64,000 bases of DNA from an uncultured Acidobacteriota bacterium (GCA_963756455.1 CAVWNC010000003.1:1537430-1601429), one strand, 5' to 3'; positions 48,309-60,531 are shown, counted from the stretch's first letter. The notes: generated by a model not told the origin, from the sequence alone. A program made the numbers and translations.

Positions 48309-49126
48309 CATTAAAGCCAGATCGTAGCATGGACGCCGACGCCCGCCCGACGATCGCATGCCCGGCGCGCCACCCGGTTGGGTATACTCCCTCCGTGCTC
48401 CCGACGAGCCCGCGCCGGCCGCTTCTCGCTCCCCTCTCCCTGGGGCTGCTGGTCGTGGTCATGATTTCCGCCTGCGCTCCGCCGCCCCGGCCCGTCACGG
48501 CGGCGGCCGCTCCCTCCCGGGCCGCGGCCGCTCCCGACATCCCGCGCGAGGCCGACGAGTACACCCGCTACGAGCTCCTCGATCCCGGCTCGGCCCAATT
48601 CCATATCCTCTTCGAGGTCACCGCCATCACCCCCGGCGCGACGGTCTATTTCAATCCCATCCGCAAGGGAAGCGTCGCGAGCGGGGAATCGGTCCGGGAC
48701 CGGGCGACGTCGCAACCGCTCCCCTTCGAGGTGGTGAGCGGCGCCGAAGCGAGGAAGAGCGGTCTTCCCGAGGCGGATCTCGATACGGACTACATCCGCG
48801 TCCACCTGCCCCATCCCGTGCCGCCGGAGGGCGGGGTCCGGCTGCTGATCGAGAAGACCTACAAGGATGCCCAGAGCTACCACCTCCAGGGAACCGACCG
48901 GATCGTCTTCTCCCGTCCCCTCGGCATCCGGCGCAACGCGGTCGTTCTGCCCGCAGGATACGAGATCGTCTCGTTGAATATCCCTTCGCAGGTCCAGAGC
49001 GAGCCGGCCGGCTCCCGCGGCGCCCCCGGCACCCCCGGCACCCAAAACCGGCTGGTCGTGAGCTTCCTGCATACCGGCCCGGAAGCGGCACCGCTGGTGA
49101 TCGAGGCGCGGAGGATCGCGCCTTGA
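48299..49126 (+). CDS. Hypothetical lipoprotein/secreted protein, first of a tandem paralogue pair (start uncertain)
   Basis: There is a signal/lipobox region (LLVVVMISAC). It is a paralogue of the next gene (shared YT.Y.LLDP...F..........Y.......G..VRL.I.ETY.D..SY). Confidence 0.45.
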   Translation: MESTLKPDRSMDADARPTIACPARHPVGYTPSVLPTSPRRPLLAPLSLGLLVVVMISACAPPPRPVTAAAAPSRAAAAPDIPREADEYTRYELLDPGSAQFHILFEVTAITPGATVYFNPIRKGSVASGESVRDRATSQPLPFEVVSGAEARKSGLPEADLDTDYIRVHLPHPVPPEGGVRLLIEKTYKDAQSYHLQGTDRIVFSRPLGIRRNAVVLPAGYEIVSLNIPSQVQSEPAGSRGAPGTPGTQNRLVVSFLHTGPEAAPLVIEARRIAP

Positions 49127-49797
49127 GAGCCTTCACGCCCCTGGCCCTCCTCGCCCTTCTGGCCACTCTCCCGGCGGCCGGCCAGGCGCCTTCTACCCCG
49201 AGGACTCCGGCGGACGAAGCCGAGCGGCTCTCGGAGCGGGCGCACCAGGATCGCGAGATCGTCTACTTCCTCCGCCAGCCCGAGAGCCATGCCTTCGATC
49301 TCTACCACGACTACACGGAGTCGCGACCGGGAGTGGACCGCTATCTGAACGTCGTGCGGACAGGGAGCTCCGCCTCCAACCCGTCGGCCAAAAACCTCGA
49401 CACCGGCGAGACCCTGCGGGTGGAAACCCTCTCGGCGCAGGAGGTTCGGGCGAGCGGCTCGACCCAGGGGGAGGACATTCCGGCCGACGCTTCGGTGGTG
49501 GTCGCCCACTTCCCCGCGGTACCGCCGGGAGGCTCGGTCCGCCTGCGGATCGCGGAGACCTACACCGATCCCAAGAGCTATCGACTGGAGGGAGGTGAGC
49601 TGGTCTTCGATCGCAGCTTCGGCCGGCCGCGCGATTCCGTCGTCCTCCCCGCCGGCTGGTATCTCACGGCCAGCTCGATTCCAGCCCGGGTGACGGAGAC
49701 CCCGGACGGCCGCATTCGGCTCGACTTCGTCAATCCCCGAAACGACGAGATCTCCGTCCTGATCAAGGCCCGGCGCCGGCCGACCCAGCCCCGGTAG
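49123..49797 (+). CDS. Hypothetical secreted protein, second paralogue (TTG start overlapping the preceding stop)
   Basis: The signal peptide RAFTPLALLALLATLPAAGQA follows a TTG codon at 49123. Sequence similarity to the preceding gene holds across the mature region. Confidence 0.45.
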   Translation: MRAFTPLALLALLATLPAAGQAPSTPRTPADEAERLSERAHQDREIVYFLRQPESHAFDLYHDYTESRPGVDRYLNVVRTGSSASNPSAKNLDTGETLRVETLSAQEVRASGSTQGEDIPADASVVVAHFPAVPPGGSVRLRIAETYTDPKSYRLEGGELVFDRSFGRPRDSVVLPAGWYLTASSIPARVTETPDGRIRLDFVNPRNDEISVLIKARRRPTQPR

Positions 49798-49830
49798 GTT
49801 CCCACCAGCACCTCGTCGAAGGCCAGCCTC

Positions 49831-50079
49831 ATGCTCGAACGGCTCTTCCACATCCGCGAGCTGGGCTCGACCCCCGGCCGTGAGGCTCTGGGAGGGCTCA
49901 CCACCTTCCTCACCATGGCCTACATCCTCGCCGTCAACCCGGTTTTCCTGACTGCCGCCGGCATGCCGCTCGAAGGGGCGATCGTCGCCACGGCGCTCGC
50001 GGCCGCCCTCGGCACCCTGCTCATGGTTGGGAAAGCGCCTCTGGGAGCTGGCCCGCCAGAGGCGCTCCCACCGCCCTGA
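49831..50079 (+). pseudogene. N-terminal remnant of an NCS2-family purine permease (AzgA/PbuG-like)
   Basis: MLERLFHIRELGSTPGREALGGLTTFLTMAYILAVNPVFLTAAGMPLEGAIVATALAAALGTLLMV matches the first ~70 residues of PbuG/AzgA permeases almost position for position. The ORF then terminates after 82 aa, whereas family members are ~430 aa. Confidence 0.5.
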
Positions 50080-50174
50080 CTCCTTTTTGCAACCCCCCTC
50101 CCGCCTCACTCTGCAATTCCGGCTGCGGAAATCCTGCGCAGATCTTGTGGAGCTGTAATTCTTTCTTCGGCGCA

Positions 50175-50221
50175 TGGCTATTTATAGGTGTGGACCCTAC
50201 CAGGACCACAAGATGTTGTGG
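50175..50221. promoter_or_regulatory. Two NrdR-box-like palindromes (tggCTATTTATAGgtg and ccaCAAGATGTTGtgg) with centres 31 bp apart, upstream of nrdJ
   Basis: Both resemble the 16-bp NrdR consensus acaCwAtATaTwGtgt. The 31-bp centre-to-centre spacing is the canonical tandem-box arrangement. They sit ~250 nt upstream of the nrdJ ATG, in a lower-GC non-coding stretch. Confidence 0.55.
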
Positions 50222-50466
50222 TGGGGCCCTTGACAGGCCCCCAAGGAAGGCGTAGTCTCACTCTTGCGCCGATTCGCGCCATGAAGGCCCAAGACCCCAT
50301 AGAGAGCTGAGTTCGAGGGTAGCAAAGGGGGTTCCGTACCCCCTCCCCCCGGACGGAAGTCCGTTCATTTTGCGTCGGATCCAGAGGAAGCAGGGCGGCA
50401 GCCGGCAGCAGTCGGCGGCAGTCCCGCCCATCCGGTCAACCAGGGAAACTTCGAGGAGAGGAAAGC

Positions 50467-53277
<2,811 letters not shown>

Positions 53278-53301
53278 GAGAATCGAGAGAGGGAATCGCA
53301 A

Positions 53302-53337
53302 GGGCCGGGCGCGAGGGATCGCGCCCCGGCCCTTTTT
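53302..53337. terminator. Bidirectional intrinsic terminator between convergent nrdJ and the transglutaminase-like gene
   Basis: A GC hairpin gggccgggcgcg-aggga-tcgcgccccggccc is followed by TTTTT. Confidence 0.6.
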
Positions 53338-54396
53338 CTATTTCGACCCGGTCGGGGCGCCCGCCGCTACCGCCGGGACTACCGTGGCGTCCAGATCCTT
53401 GAATGCGAACTTCCTGGCGATTCCGGTGTAGGGCTTGCCGTCGACCTCGACGTACGGGTAGATGAAGTAGTTGAGGGGCGGCCCGGCCTGGCGGGGGAGG
53501 AGGGTGAGATCCCGCCCCACGGAGAGCTGCACCCGGTTCTCGTCCAGCCCGCCGAAGAAGTAGTCCTTCTTCTCCAAATGCTTCTTGGCCTCCGAGGCGT
53601 CGACCGGCACCCAGCCGTAGCCCGTCAGGTAGAACTCGGCCCAGCAGTGGTAGCCCGCCACCTCGGCCTGGCCGTGCTCGGGCGGCAGCGGAAAGCCGAT
53701 CTCGAACTTGGCCGGGATGCCGGCGGCGCGGGCGAGACCGGTGAAGAGAGCATGGAAGTCCGTGCAGTTGCCGCGTTTGGCGTCGCACGCCCAGTAGATG
53801 TCGCCGTTCCCCCAGCCGGTCCCGCTCTTGTCGTAGGACATCGTCGCGACGACGTAGTCGTAGATCGCCCGCGCCTTCTCGAGCGGCGTCGTTTTCCCCG
53901 TGGTGACCTCTTTCGCCAGCTTCTGGATGCGGGCGTCCAGGGGGACGAGGCGGTCGGGCTTGAGCCAGCGGGCGAGGTCCGCGGGGGCGGCGGCAGGAGT
54001 GGCGCCGGTGGGGAGGTCGCGGCGGAGGTACTCGGTCCGCTCGGCGGTGAAGGTGAGGCCGATCTCGATCGGCGGCTCGGGTTTCTCGATCACCAGGTGG
54101 GCCACCCAATTGCCGTCGGTCGTGTCCTTGCTGATGTCGACCTGACCCGGGGCGGTCAGGTGGATGTCGGTGATCTGCTGGTGCTCGTCGTTCTGCGGGT
54201 AGGGCACCCAGATCTCGATCTTGGAGGCGCCCGCCGGGATCGACTCGACGGTTGTGGTGTAGTTGAACTCGAACTTCCGCTGGTGGAGGGGAGCGGCGGT
54301 GTCGTCGTCGGCTGCGGTGGTGGACGGGAGCGCCAGGAGCAGACCCGTGCCGGCGAGAAGGGCTAGGAGCAGAGAGCCTTTCCGAATCGTTCTCAT
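53338..54396 (-). CDS. Secreted transglutaminase-like cysteine protease domain protein
   Basis: It has a signal peptide and the transglutaminase core GNCTDFHALF with downstream His/Asp. Confidence 0.75.
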   Translation of the reverse strand: MRTIRKGSLLLALLAGTGLLLALPSTTAADDDTAAPLHQRKFEFNYTTTVESIPAGASKIEIWVPYPQNDEHQQITDIHLTAPGQVDISKDTTDGNWVAHLVIEKPEPPIEIGLTFTAERTEYLRRDLPTGATPAAAPADLARWLKPDRLVPLDARIQKLAKEVTTGKTTPLEKARAIYDYVVATMSYDKSGTGWGNGDIYWACDAKRGNCTDFHALFTGLARAAGIPAKFEIGFPLPPEHGQAEVAGYHCWAEFYLTGYGWVPVDASEAKKHLEKKDYFFGGLDENRVQLSVGRDLTLLPRQAGPPLNYFIYPYVEVDGKPYTGIARKFAFKDLDATVVPAVAAGAPTGSK

Positions 54397-54529
54397 GGAG
54401 GGCATTATGGGGAAGGACGCCCTCTCGCCACAAGCGGAAAACAGGGGAGGGAGAACCCCGGCGCGGAAATTCCCGCCCCCTCGGCCCGGTTCCACCCGGT
54501 GAGGGTCACGCTTCCGTGCCGGGGCGGCG

Positions 54530-55102
54530 ATGCCTTATGCTTGGGAGACTATGATGACCCCGATGCGGCTCCACCCTCGCCTCTCCTCCCGGTCCATCCT
54601 GACCGCTGCCTTCGTCTCGACCCTGCTGCTCTTCGGCTGTCGCGAGGGGAACACCTCCGCGGCGGTGGCGGCCGTGTCCGGGGGAGCTCCGGCGCCGGGC
54701 TCCAAGGTCTCCTTCGAGCTGCAGACCCTGGAAGGGCAGCCGCTCGGCCCCAAGAACTTCGCCGGCCAGGTGGTGGTCGTCGACTTCTGGGCGACCTGGT
54801 GCGGTCCCTGCCACGTGCAGCAGCGGATCCTGGAGGACGTCTACAAGGACTACCACGGCAAGGGAGTGCAGTTCCTGGCCGCCGACGTCGGCGAGGAGCT
54901 CGAGACGGTGCGCGGCTTCCTCAAGGGGAAGCCCATGTCCTCCACCGTCCTGCTCGACCCCCACGACGTGGCGGGGCAGCTCGGCATCAACGCCCTCCCC
55001 ACCTTGATGGTGATCGACAAGAAGGGCAAGCTCACCTTCTTCGAGGCCGGCCTGACCGACGGCGACACCATCCGCCGCCTCCTCCGCCAGGCCGGCGCCT
55101 AG
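54530..55102 (+). CDS. TlpA-like thiol:disulfide oxidoreductase (thioredoxin fold) lipoprotein
   Basis: The lipobox LLLFGC, and WCGPC within VVVDFWATWCGPCHVQ. Confidence 0.8.
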   Translation: MPYAWETMMTPMRLHPRLSSRSILTAAFVSTLLLFGCREGNTSAAVAAVSGGAPAPGSKVSFELQTLEGQPLGPKNFAGQVVVVDFWATWCGPCHVQQRILEDVYKDYHGKGVQFLAADVGEELETVRGFLKGKPMSSTVLLDPHDVAGQLGINALPTLMVIDKKGKLTFFEAGLTDGDTIRRLLRQAGA

Positions 55103-55117
55103 GCTCTTCTTCTCTCG

Positions 55118-55918
55118 CTATCTCCCCGGCCCCGGTCGCCGCGTCGGAACGGGTGGGGGACCGCCCTGGCCGGGGGTGGCGAAGGGCTTCTGGGTGTAGC
55201 CCACGGGGGGCGCGAAGGTGCCGGGGGGCGGCTCCTTCGTCTCGACCGAGATCAGCTCTTCGTGGGTCTTGGCGTCTTTCGGGGTGCCGAAGTTGAGCGT
55301 CGACTCCTGGAGGACTGGGAAGCCCTCGATCTGCTGCATCTTCTTCACCCACGAGAGGCTCCCGGGCTGGAGCGCCGCCATGTTGAGCTGCATCTGGCGC
55401 AGAGCGTTCATGTCGACGCCTACCTCCTTGCTCACCCACATGTCGGTGATCACCTTGGTCTCGGAGTTCTGCAGCTCGACGTGGTACTTGCGGGTGTTCC
55501 ACTTGCCGATCTTCTTGGTCTCGTCGGTCCGGGTGATCTTGATGTCGAGCTTCGCCGAGGCGCTCATCTCCTTCATCATCATCTCGCCCTGAGCGCCGGG
55601 GAGGAGCTTGGTGAAGTCGACCGGCAGGTCGATCGCGGTGTAGCTCTTGTCCTCGTGGTCCACGATGTAGAGCTTCTTTTTGTCCAAGAGGACGATCGAG
55701 GCGGCCTTCCCGTCGTCGCGGCGCACCCGGTTGGGGCCCACCCAGAGGGTGACCTTCCGGCTGTCCTGCCGGGTGCTGTTGCCGACCATGGCGGGGAGCT
55801 CGGAGTGGGTCTGGATGGTGAGGAGGGTATCGGCGCTCGCCGGTGCGGGCATCGCGGGGATCGCCGGGATCGCGAGCAGCAGGGCGAGAACGAAGGCGTG
55901 AGGGGTACGAATCGGCAT
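55118..55918 (-). CDS. Secreted hypothetical protein (Lys-rich)
   Basis: A signal peptide and no recognised catalytic motif. Confidence 0.55.
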   Translation of the reverse strand: MPIRTPHAFVLALLLAIPAIPAMPAPASADTLLTIQTHSELPAMVGNSTRQDSRKVTLWVGPNRVRRDDGKAASIVLLDKKKLYIVDHEDKSYTAIDLPVDFTKLLPGAQGEMMMKEMSASAKLDIKITRTDETKKIGKWNTRKYHVELQNSETKVITDMWVSKEVGVDMNALRQMQLNMAALQPGSLSWVKKMQQIEGFPVLQESTLNFGTPKDAKTHEELISVETKEPPPGTFAPPVGYTQKPFATPGQGGPPPVPTRRPGPGR

Positions 55919-55964
55919 GGGGGTCTCCGGTTGGGCTTTCGCCTTTCAAAACGAGCCTGCCATC

Positions 55965-56486
55965 TTAACTCGAACCCTCCCGGCCGCGATCCTTGCGCCG
56001 CACGTAGAGGAGCTTCTCGACCTCGGCCACCACCTCGCCCGACTGGGCCAGAACCTGGACGGTGAAGCGGGGCTCGGTCTTTCTCTCGGCATCGGCGGCG
56101 GCGCGGATCTCTTCCACCCGCTCGGGCGGCAGCTCGAAGCGGGCGGTGACCGTGCCGCGCCCCGGGCTCTTGAAGCGGATGACGGCCTCCTTGTCCCAGA
56201 CGACGTAGCCCGGCCCCAGCGCCTCCATCAGGAGGAGCATGAAGAAGGGGTCGACCATGCTGTAGAGCGAGCCCCCGAAGTGGGTGCCGACGTAGTTGCG
56301 GTTCCAGAAGGAGAGCTTCATGCGGACCGCGATCGAGGACAGGTCGGGCGCCACGTGGGTGACGCGCACCCCGGCCCCCAGATAAGGGGGATAGAGACTC
56401 AACAGCCGGAAGAGCCATGCTTTGCGCCTGAGGCGACCGCCCGTCGTCCCTGCCATCTCGGACCTCCAGGCGTAGACTAGCCTCAA
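55965..56486 (-). CDS. DUF4442-like hot-dog/thioesterase-fold protein
   Basis: FGGSLYSMVDPFFMLLLMEALG resembles the DUF4442 / YiiD C-terminal hot-dog domain. The start is uncertain (possibly MAGTT). Confidence 0.55.
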   Translation of the reverse strand: MRLVYAWRSEMAGTTGGRLRRKAWLFRLLSLYPPYLGAGVRVTHVAPDLSSIAVRMKLSFWNRNYVGTHFGGSLYSMVDPFFMLLLMEALGPGYVVWDKEAVIRFKSPGRGTVTARFELPPERVEEIRAAADAERKTEPRFTVQVLAQSGEVVAEVEKLLYVRRKDRGREGSS

Positions 56487-56570
56487 GGGCGAAGGTTTTG
56501 GCCACGCCGAGGGTTATAGAAGTGTCGAGGGAGAGGAATTCTCCTCGGACGTGAAGAAAGAGAGCCGCGC

Positions 56571-58634
56571 ATGAGACCGCCTTTAGAAGCCCGAGCCCAG
56601 GCCATCGCCAGATCCATCGCCGCCGTGGCCGTGCTGGCCGGGCTGGCGGTGGGCGTTCCCTGGCGGGCTCACGCCGCCAGCGCCGGCTCACGCTCTCTTC
56701 CCGCGATGCCCTGGAAGGAGGCCGGGCTCACCGAGCGCCAGGCGGCCGCCCAGCTCCTCGCCCGCTTCACCTACGGGCAGCGCCCCGGCGACGTCGAGAA
56801 GGTCGTCGCCCTGGGGCTCGATCGCTGGTTCGAGCAGCAGCTCGCGGGCCACCTGCCCGACCCTCAGGTGGCGGAGCGCCTGCGTCCCTACCCGGCCCTC
56901 GCGATGTCGAGCGAGGAGGTCTTCCACCGCTATCCCACGAACGGGATGATCTTGGCCGAGATGCGCCAGGAGGGGCTTCTCCCCGGTAAGAAGGCGGGAG
57001 CTGCCGCCGCCAATCTCGCCAACCCCCCCGGCGCCGCCAATCCCGGCGATCTCGACAAGGACGAGATCAAGCAGAAGGCCCGGGTCTTCGCCCGCGAGAA
57101 GGGGTACCGGCCGGAGCGCGAGCTCCTCGGCCAGGTGATGACCCAGAAGCTCGTCCGCGCCGTCTACTCGGAGAACCAGCTCACCGAGGTGATGACCGAC
57201 TTCTGGTTCAACCACTTCAACGTCTCGCTGACCAACAACCGGGTCCGCCCCTATCTCCTCTCCTATGAGCGGGATGCGATCCGGCCGAACGTCCTCGGCC
57301 ACTTCCGCGACCTCCTTGAGGCGACCGCCCGGCATCCGGCGATGCTCGTCTACCTGGACAACGCCCAGTCCTCGGCCGCCATGAACGCCGAGACGACGAT
57401 GGCCGACGAGATGGAACGCCTCCCCCGGCAGCGTCCGGGGCGGCTCGGGCAGGCGGCAGGCGCGGGGAAGGGGAAGAAGGAACGGGGCCTGAACGAAAAC
57501 TATGCCCGGGAGCTGATGGAGCTCCACACCCTGGGGGTCGACGGCGGCTACACCCAGGAGGACGTCGTCGAGGTGGCCCGCGCCTTCACCGGCTGGAGCG
57601 TCCTGCCCTACGGCCCGGGCCGGCAGCAGGCGGAGAACCGGCTCGCCCGGGTGCAGCGGGTGGGGGGGCTCGGCTTCCAGGAGCAGGGGGACTTCCTCTT
57701 CCGCGCCGACATCCACGATTCCGGGGTGAAGGTCGTCCTCGGCCAGACCCTCCCCGCCCGGCGGGGGATCGAGGATGGCGAGCAGGTCCTCGACATCCTC
57801 GCCAGCCAGAAGGCGACCGCCCGGCACCTCGCGACGCAGATCGCCGCGCGCTTCGTCGCCGACCAGCCGCCCCCGGCGCTCGTCGACCGGCTGGCTGCGG
57901 TCTATCTGCGGAGCCCAGGTGGGACCGGCGACATCCGCCAGGTGCTCCGGGCGCTCGTCGCCTCTCCCGAGTTCTGGAGCCCGGCGGCGCGCGGGGTGAA
58001 GATCAAGTCGCCCTTCGAGCTCGCCGCCTCGGCGATCCGGGCCGTCCACGGTGACCTCCGCGATCCCAAGGAGACCCTCCAGTGGGTGGCGAAGATCGGC
58101 CAGCCGCTCTACGCCTACCAGGCGCCGACCGGCTATCCCGACCGCGCCGAGAGCTGGGTCAACACGGGCTCGCTTTTAAACCGGATGAATTTCGGCCTTC
58201 AGCTCGCCTCTGGCCGGGTGCGGGGGGTGAACGTCGACCTGGCGGCGCTCTCCGCGCTCTCCGGTGGCCACGAGCCGGAGTCCCGCGAGCAGGCGCTCCA
58301 CACCTACGCCCACCTCCTCATGCCGGAGCGCGACCTGACCCATGCGATCGAGGTCTTGAAACCCATGGTGACCGCGCCCGACCTCGCCCGCCGGATCGAC
58401 GAGGCGACCCCCGGCACCGCACAGGCGGGGAAGACCGCCTCGATGGGGGCGGCCGGCGCGAGCGCGGAAGATGCCGAGGAGGAGATGATCTTCGGCGACC
58501 TCCCCGCGGCCGGCAGGCCGAAGCAGCTGTCGAAAGAGGAGCGCCGCGCCGCGCGAGCGAGCCTCCCGGAGCCCACCCCGGTCGAAGAAGTCGTGGGGGT
58601 GATCCTCGGATCGCCGGAGTTCCAGAGACGCTAG
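56571..58634 (+). CDS. DUF1800-family protein
   Basis: DFWFNHFNV, YLDN..S and ELHTLGVDGGYTQ.DV are DUF1800 hallmarks. It is paired with the DUF1501 gene downstream. Confidence 0.85.
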   Translation: MRPPLEARAQAIARSIAAVAVLAGLAVGVPWRAHAASAGSRSLPAMPWKEAGLTERQAAAQLLARFTYGQRPGDVEKVVALGLDRWFEQQLAGHLPDPQVAERLRPYPALAMSSEEVFHRYPTNGMILAEMRQEGLLPGKKAGAAAANLANPPGAANPGDLDKDEIKQKARVFAREKGYRPERELLGQVMTQKLVRAVYSENQLTEVMTDFWFNHFNVSLTNNRVRPYLLSYERDAIRPNVLGHFRDLLEATARHPAMLVYLDNAQSSAAMNAETTMADEMERLPRQRPGRLGQAAGAGKGKKERGLNENYARELMELHTLGVDGGYTQEDVVEVARAFTGWSVLPYGPGRQQAENRLARVQRVGGLGFQEQGDFLFRADIHDSGVKVVLGQTLPARRGIEDGEQVLDILASQKATARHLATQIAARFVADQPPPALVDRLAAVYLRSPGGTGDIRQVLRALVASPEFWSPAARGVKIKSPFELAASAIRAVHGDLRDPKETLQWVAKIGQPLYAYQAPTGYPDRAESWVNTGSLLNRMNFGLQLASGRVRGVNVDLAALSALSGGHEPESREQALHTYAHLLMPERDLTHAIEVLKPMVTAPDLARRIDEATPGTAQAGKTASMGAAGASAEDAEEEMIFGDLPAAGRPKQLSKEERRAARASLPEPTPVEEVVGVILGSPEFQRR

Positions 58635-58695
58635 CCGAGACGACGTTTGCAGGACGTTTTAGGACGCTTGTAGGACGCTTGTAGGAGATACCACG

Positions 58696-59994
58696 ATGTT
58701 TTCACGCAGAGTCTTCATGAAGGCGGGCGGCATCGCCCTCTTTTCCCTCGGAGCCGGCCCCAAGTTCCTCACCCGCGCCGCCCTGGCCGCCCCCGGCCCG
58801 GGTCCGTCCCAGCGCCGCAAGGTGCTGGTGACGATCTTCCAGCGCGGCGCCATGGACGGCCTGGCCGCCGTGCCGCCGGTCGATGCCGCGGCTCTCCAAA
58901 GTCTGCGGCCCCGCCTGGCGCTCTCCGCCACCCGCGCCGCGGCGCTGACCGGCGCCAATGCCGCCAATGCCGCCAACGCCGCCAACACCGGAGCTCCCGG
59001 CCTGATCGACCTCGGGGTGGGCTTCGGGCTCCACCCGGCCCTCGCCCCCTTCCAGCCGCTCTGGCAGGAGAAGCGTTTGGCGATCGTCCACGCCGTGGGC
59101 TCGCCCGATCCCACCCGCTCCCATTTCGACGCCCAGGACTTCATGGAATCGGGCACCCCCGGTCGCAAGGGCACGCCCTCCGGCTGGCTCAACCGCGCCG
59201 TCGGCCTCCTCGGCCACGAGGGGACGCCGCTCCGCGCGGTCTCGATGACGCCGTCGCTCCCGCGCTCGCTCTATGGCGACCAGCCGGCGATCGCGGTGAC
59301 CAACTTGAACGACTTCAAGCTCCGTCTCCCCGGGGCGGACCAGGCGGCGACCGCGGCGGCGGGGCAGGGCTTCGAGGCGCTCTACGGCCAGGCGGCCCAG
59401 GGCCTCCTCCACGACACCGCCCACGAGACCTTCGACGCCGTGCAGATGCTCGGGGCGGCGGAGATCGCCAAGTACCGGCCGGCCCCGGGCGCGGACTACC
59501 CGCAGAGCCCGCTCGGCCAGGCCCTCCGGCAGATCGCCTTCCTCATCAAGTCGAACGTGGGCCTGGAGATCGCCTTCGCCGAGTCGGGCGGCTGGGACAC
59601 CCACGTGCAGCAGGTCGCCACCTTCAACCGCCAGGCGGCCGACCTCGCGAAGTCGATCCACGCCTTCTGGACCGACCTCGGGACCTACCAGGACGACGTC
59701 GTCCTGACGACGATGACCGAGTTCGGCCGCACCGTCCGCGAGAACGGCTCCGGAGGCACCGACCACGGCCACGGCTCCTGCCTCTTCGTCCTCGGCAACC
59801 ACGTCCAGGGCGGCCAGGTGCACGGCAACTTTCCCGGCCTCACCGAGGGCGCCCTCCACGAAGGCCGGGATCTCCCGGTGACGACCGACTTCCGGGCCGT
59901 CTTCTGCGAGCTGGCCGGCAAGCACCTCGGGGTGCGCCGGGACGACGTGCTGTTCCCGGGGTGGGATGGAAAGCGGTTGAGCCTGATCGCCTGA
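58696..59994 (+). CDS. DUF1501-family protein (Tat-signal, sulfatase-like fold)
   Basis: A Tat-like N-terminus RRVFMKAGGIALFSLGA, and the GGWDTH and TEFGRT motifs. It contains an ANAANAANAAN insertion encoded by a 9-nt x4 tandem repeat at 58954..58989. Confidence 0.85.
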   Translation: MFSRRVFMKAGGIALFSLGAGPKFLTRAALAAPGPGPSQRRKVLVTIFQRGAMDGLAAVPPVDAAALQSLRPRLALSATRAAALTGANAANAANAANTGAPGLIDLGVGFGLHPALAPFQPLWQEKRLAIVHAVGSPDPTRSHFDAQDFMESGTPGRKGTPSGWLNRAVGLLGHEGTPLRAVSMTPSLPRSLYGDQPAIAVTNLNDFKLRLPGADQAATAAAGQGFEALYGQAAQGLLHDTAHETFDAVQMLGAAEIAKYRPAPGADYPQSPLGQALRQIAFLIKSNVGLEIAFAESGGWDTHVQQVATFNRQAADLAKSIHAFWTDLGTYQDDVVLTTMTEFGRTVRENGSGGTDHGHGSCLFVLGNHVQGGQVHGNFPGLTEGALHEGRDLPVTTDFRAVFCELAGKHLGVRRDDVLFPGWDGKRLSLIA

Positions 59995-60083
59995 GAGGGG
60001 GCGTTATTGAGAGCGTAGGGCGGCCCCCCTGGCCGCCTTCTTCTTTCCCCCGCAACCTTTTCCCGACCCCCGCCGTATACCCT

Positions 60084-60111
60084 CTTGACCATCAACTACC
60101 CGGGTAGTACT
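60084..60111 (+). promoter_or_regulatory. Candidate promoter (TTGACC-N16-TACTAT) overlapping a perfect 14-bp palindrome ACTACCCGGGTAGT (60094..60107); putative BlaI operator
   Basis: The palindrome resembles the TACAnnTGTA-type BlaI/MecI/CopY boxes, with C/G substitutions. A second partial copy (cggtagttgat) follows before the blaI RBS GGAGGAAC. Confidence 0.45.
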
Positions 60112-60144
60112 ATCTCGGTAGTTGATCGGTAGGAGGAACGGTTC

Positions 60145-60531
60145 ATGGAAGAAACATCTCATCACTTGGGCGACCTGCAGCTGGCCATCATGCGCTCTCT
60201 CTGGCGACGGGAGGAGGGCACGGTGGTCGACGTGCATGAGGATCTGGCGGCCGAGCGCGGCCTCGCCCTGACGACGATTGCCACCATGCTCGCCAAGCTC
60301 GAGAAGAAGGGGGTCGTCGAGCATCGGATGGACGGCCGCCGTTTCGTCTACCGGCCGCGGATCGACGAGGGGCAGGTGCGCCGCTCGATGGTCGCCGAGC
60401 TCACGTCCCAGCTTTTCCGCGGTGACGTCACCGCCCTCGTCGACCATCTGTTGTCCGAGCACGAAATCGAGACCGGGGAGCTGGCGCAACTGAAGGCGCT
60501 CATCTCGGCCCGTGAGAAGGAGGAAGTCTGA
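60145..60531 (+). CDS. BlaI/MecI/CopY-family transcriptional repressor
   Basis: A winged-helix N-terminus (LGDLQLAIMRSLW...TTIATMLAKLEKKGVV) and a C-terminal dimerisation helix. Its stop overlaps the start of the next gene (ATGA). Confidence 0.85.
   Translation: MEETSHHLGDLQLAIMRSLWRREEGTVVDVHEDLAAERGLALTTIATMLAKLEKKGVVEHRMDGRRFVYRPRIDEGQVRRSMVAELTSQLFRGDVTALVDHLLSEHEIETGELAQLKALISAREKEEV

Noticed and set aside
50080-50466. Cobalamin riboswitch upstream of nrdJ
   Set aside because: No convincing B12 box (…AGYCMGGAAGRCCTGCC-like) is present. In addition, a B12-dependent RNR would not be expected to be repressed by B12. Only the NrdR boxes and a hairpin are reported.
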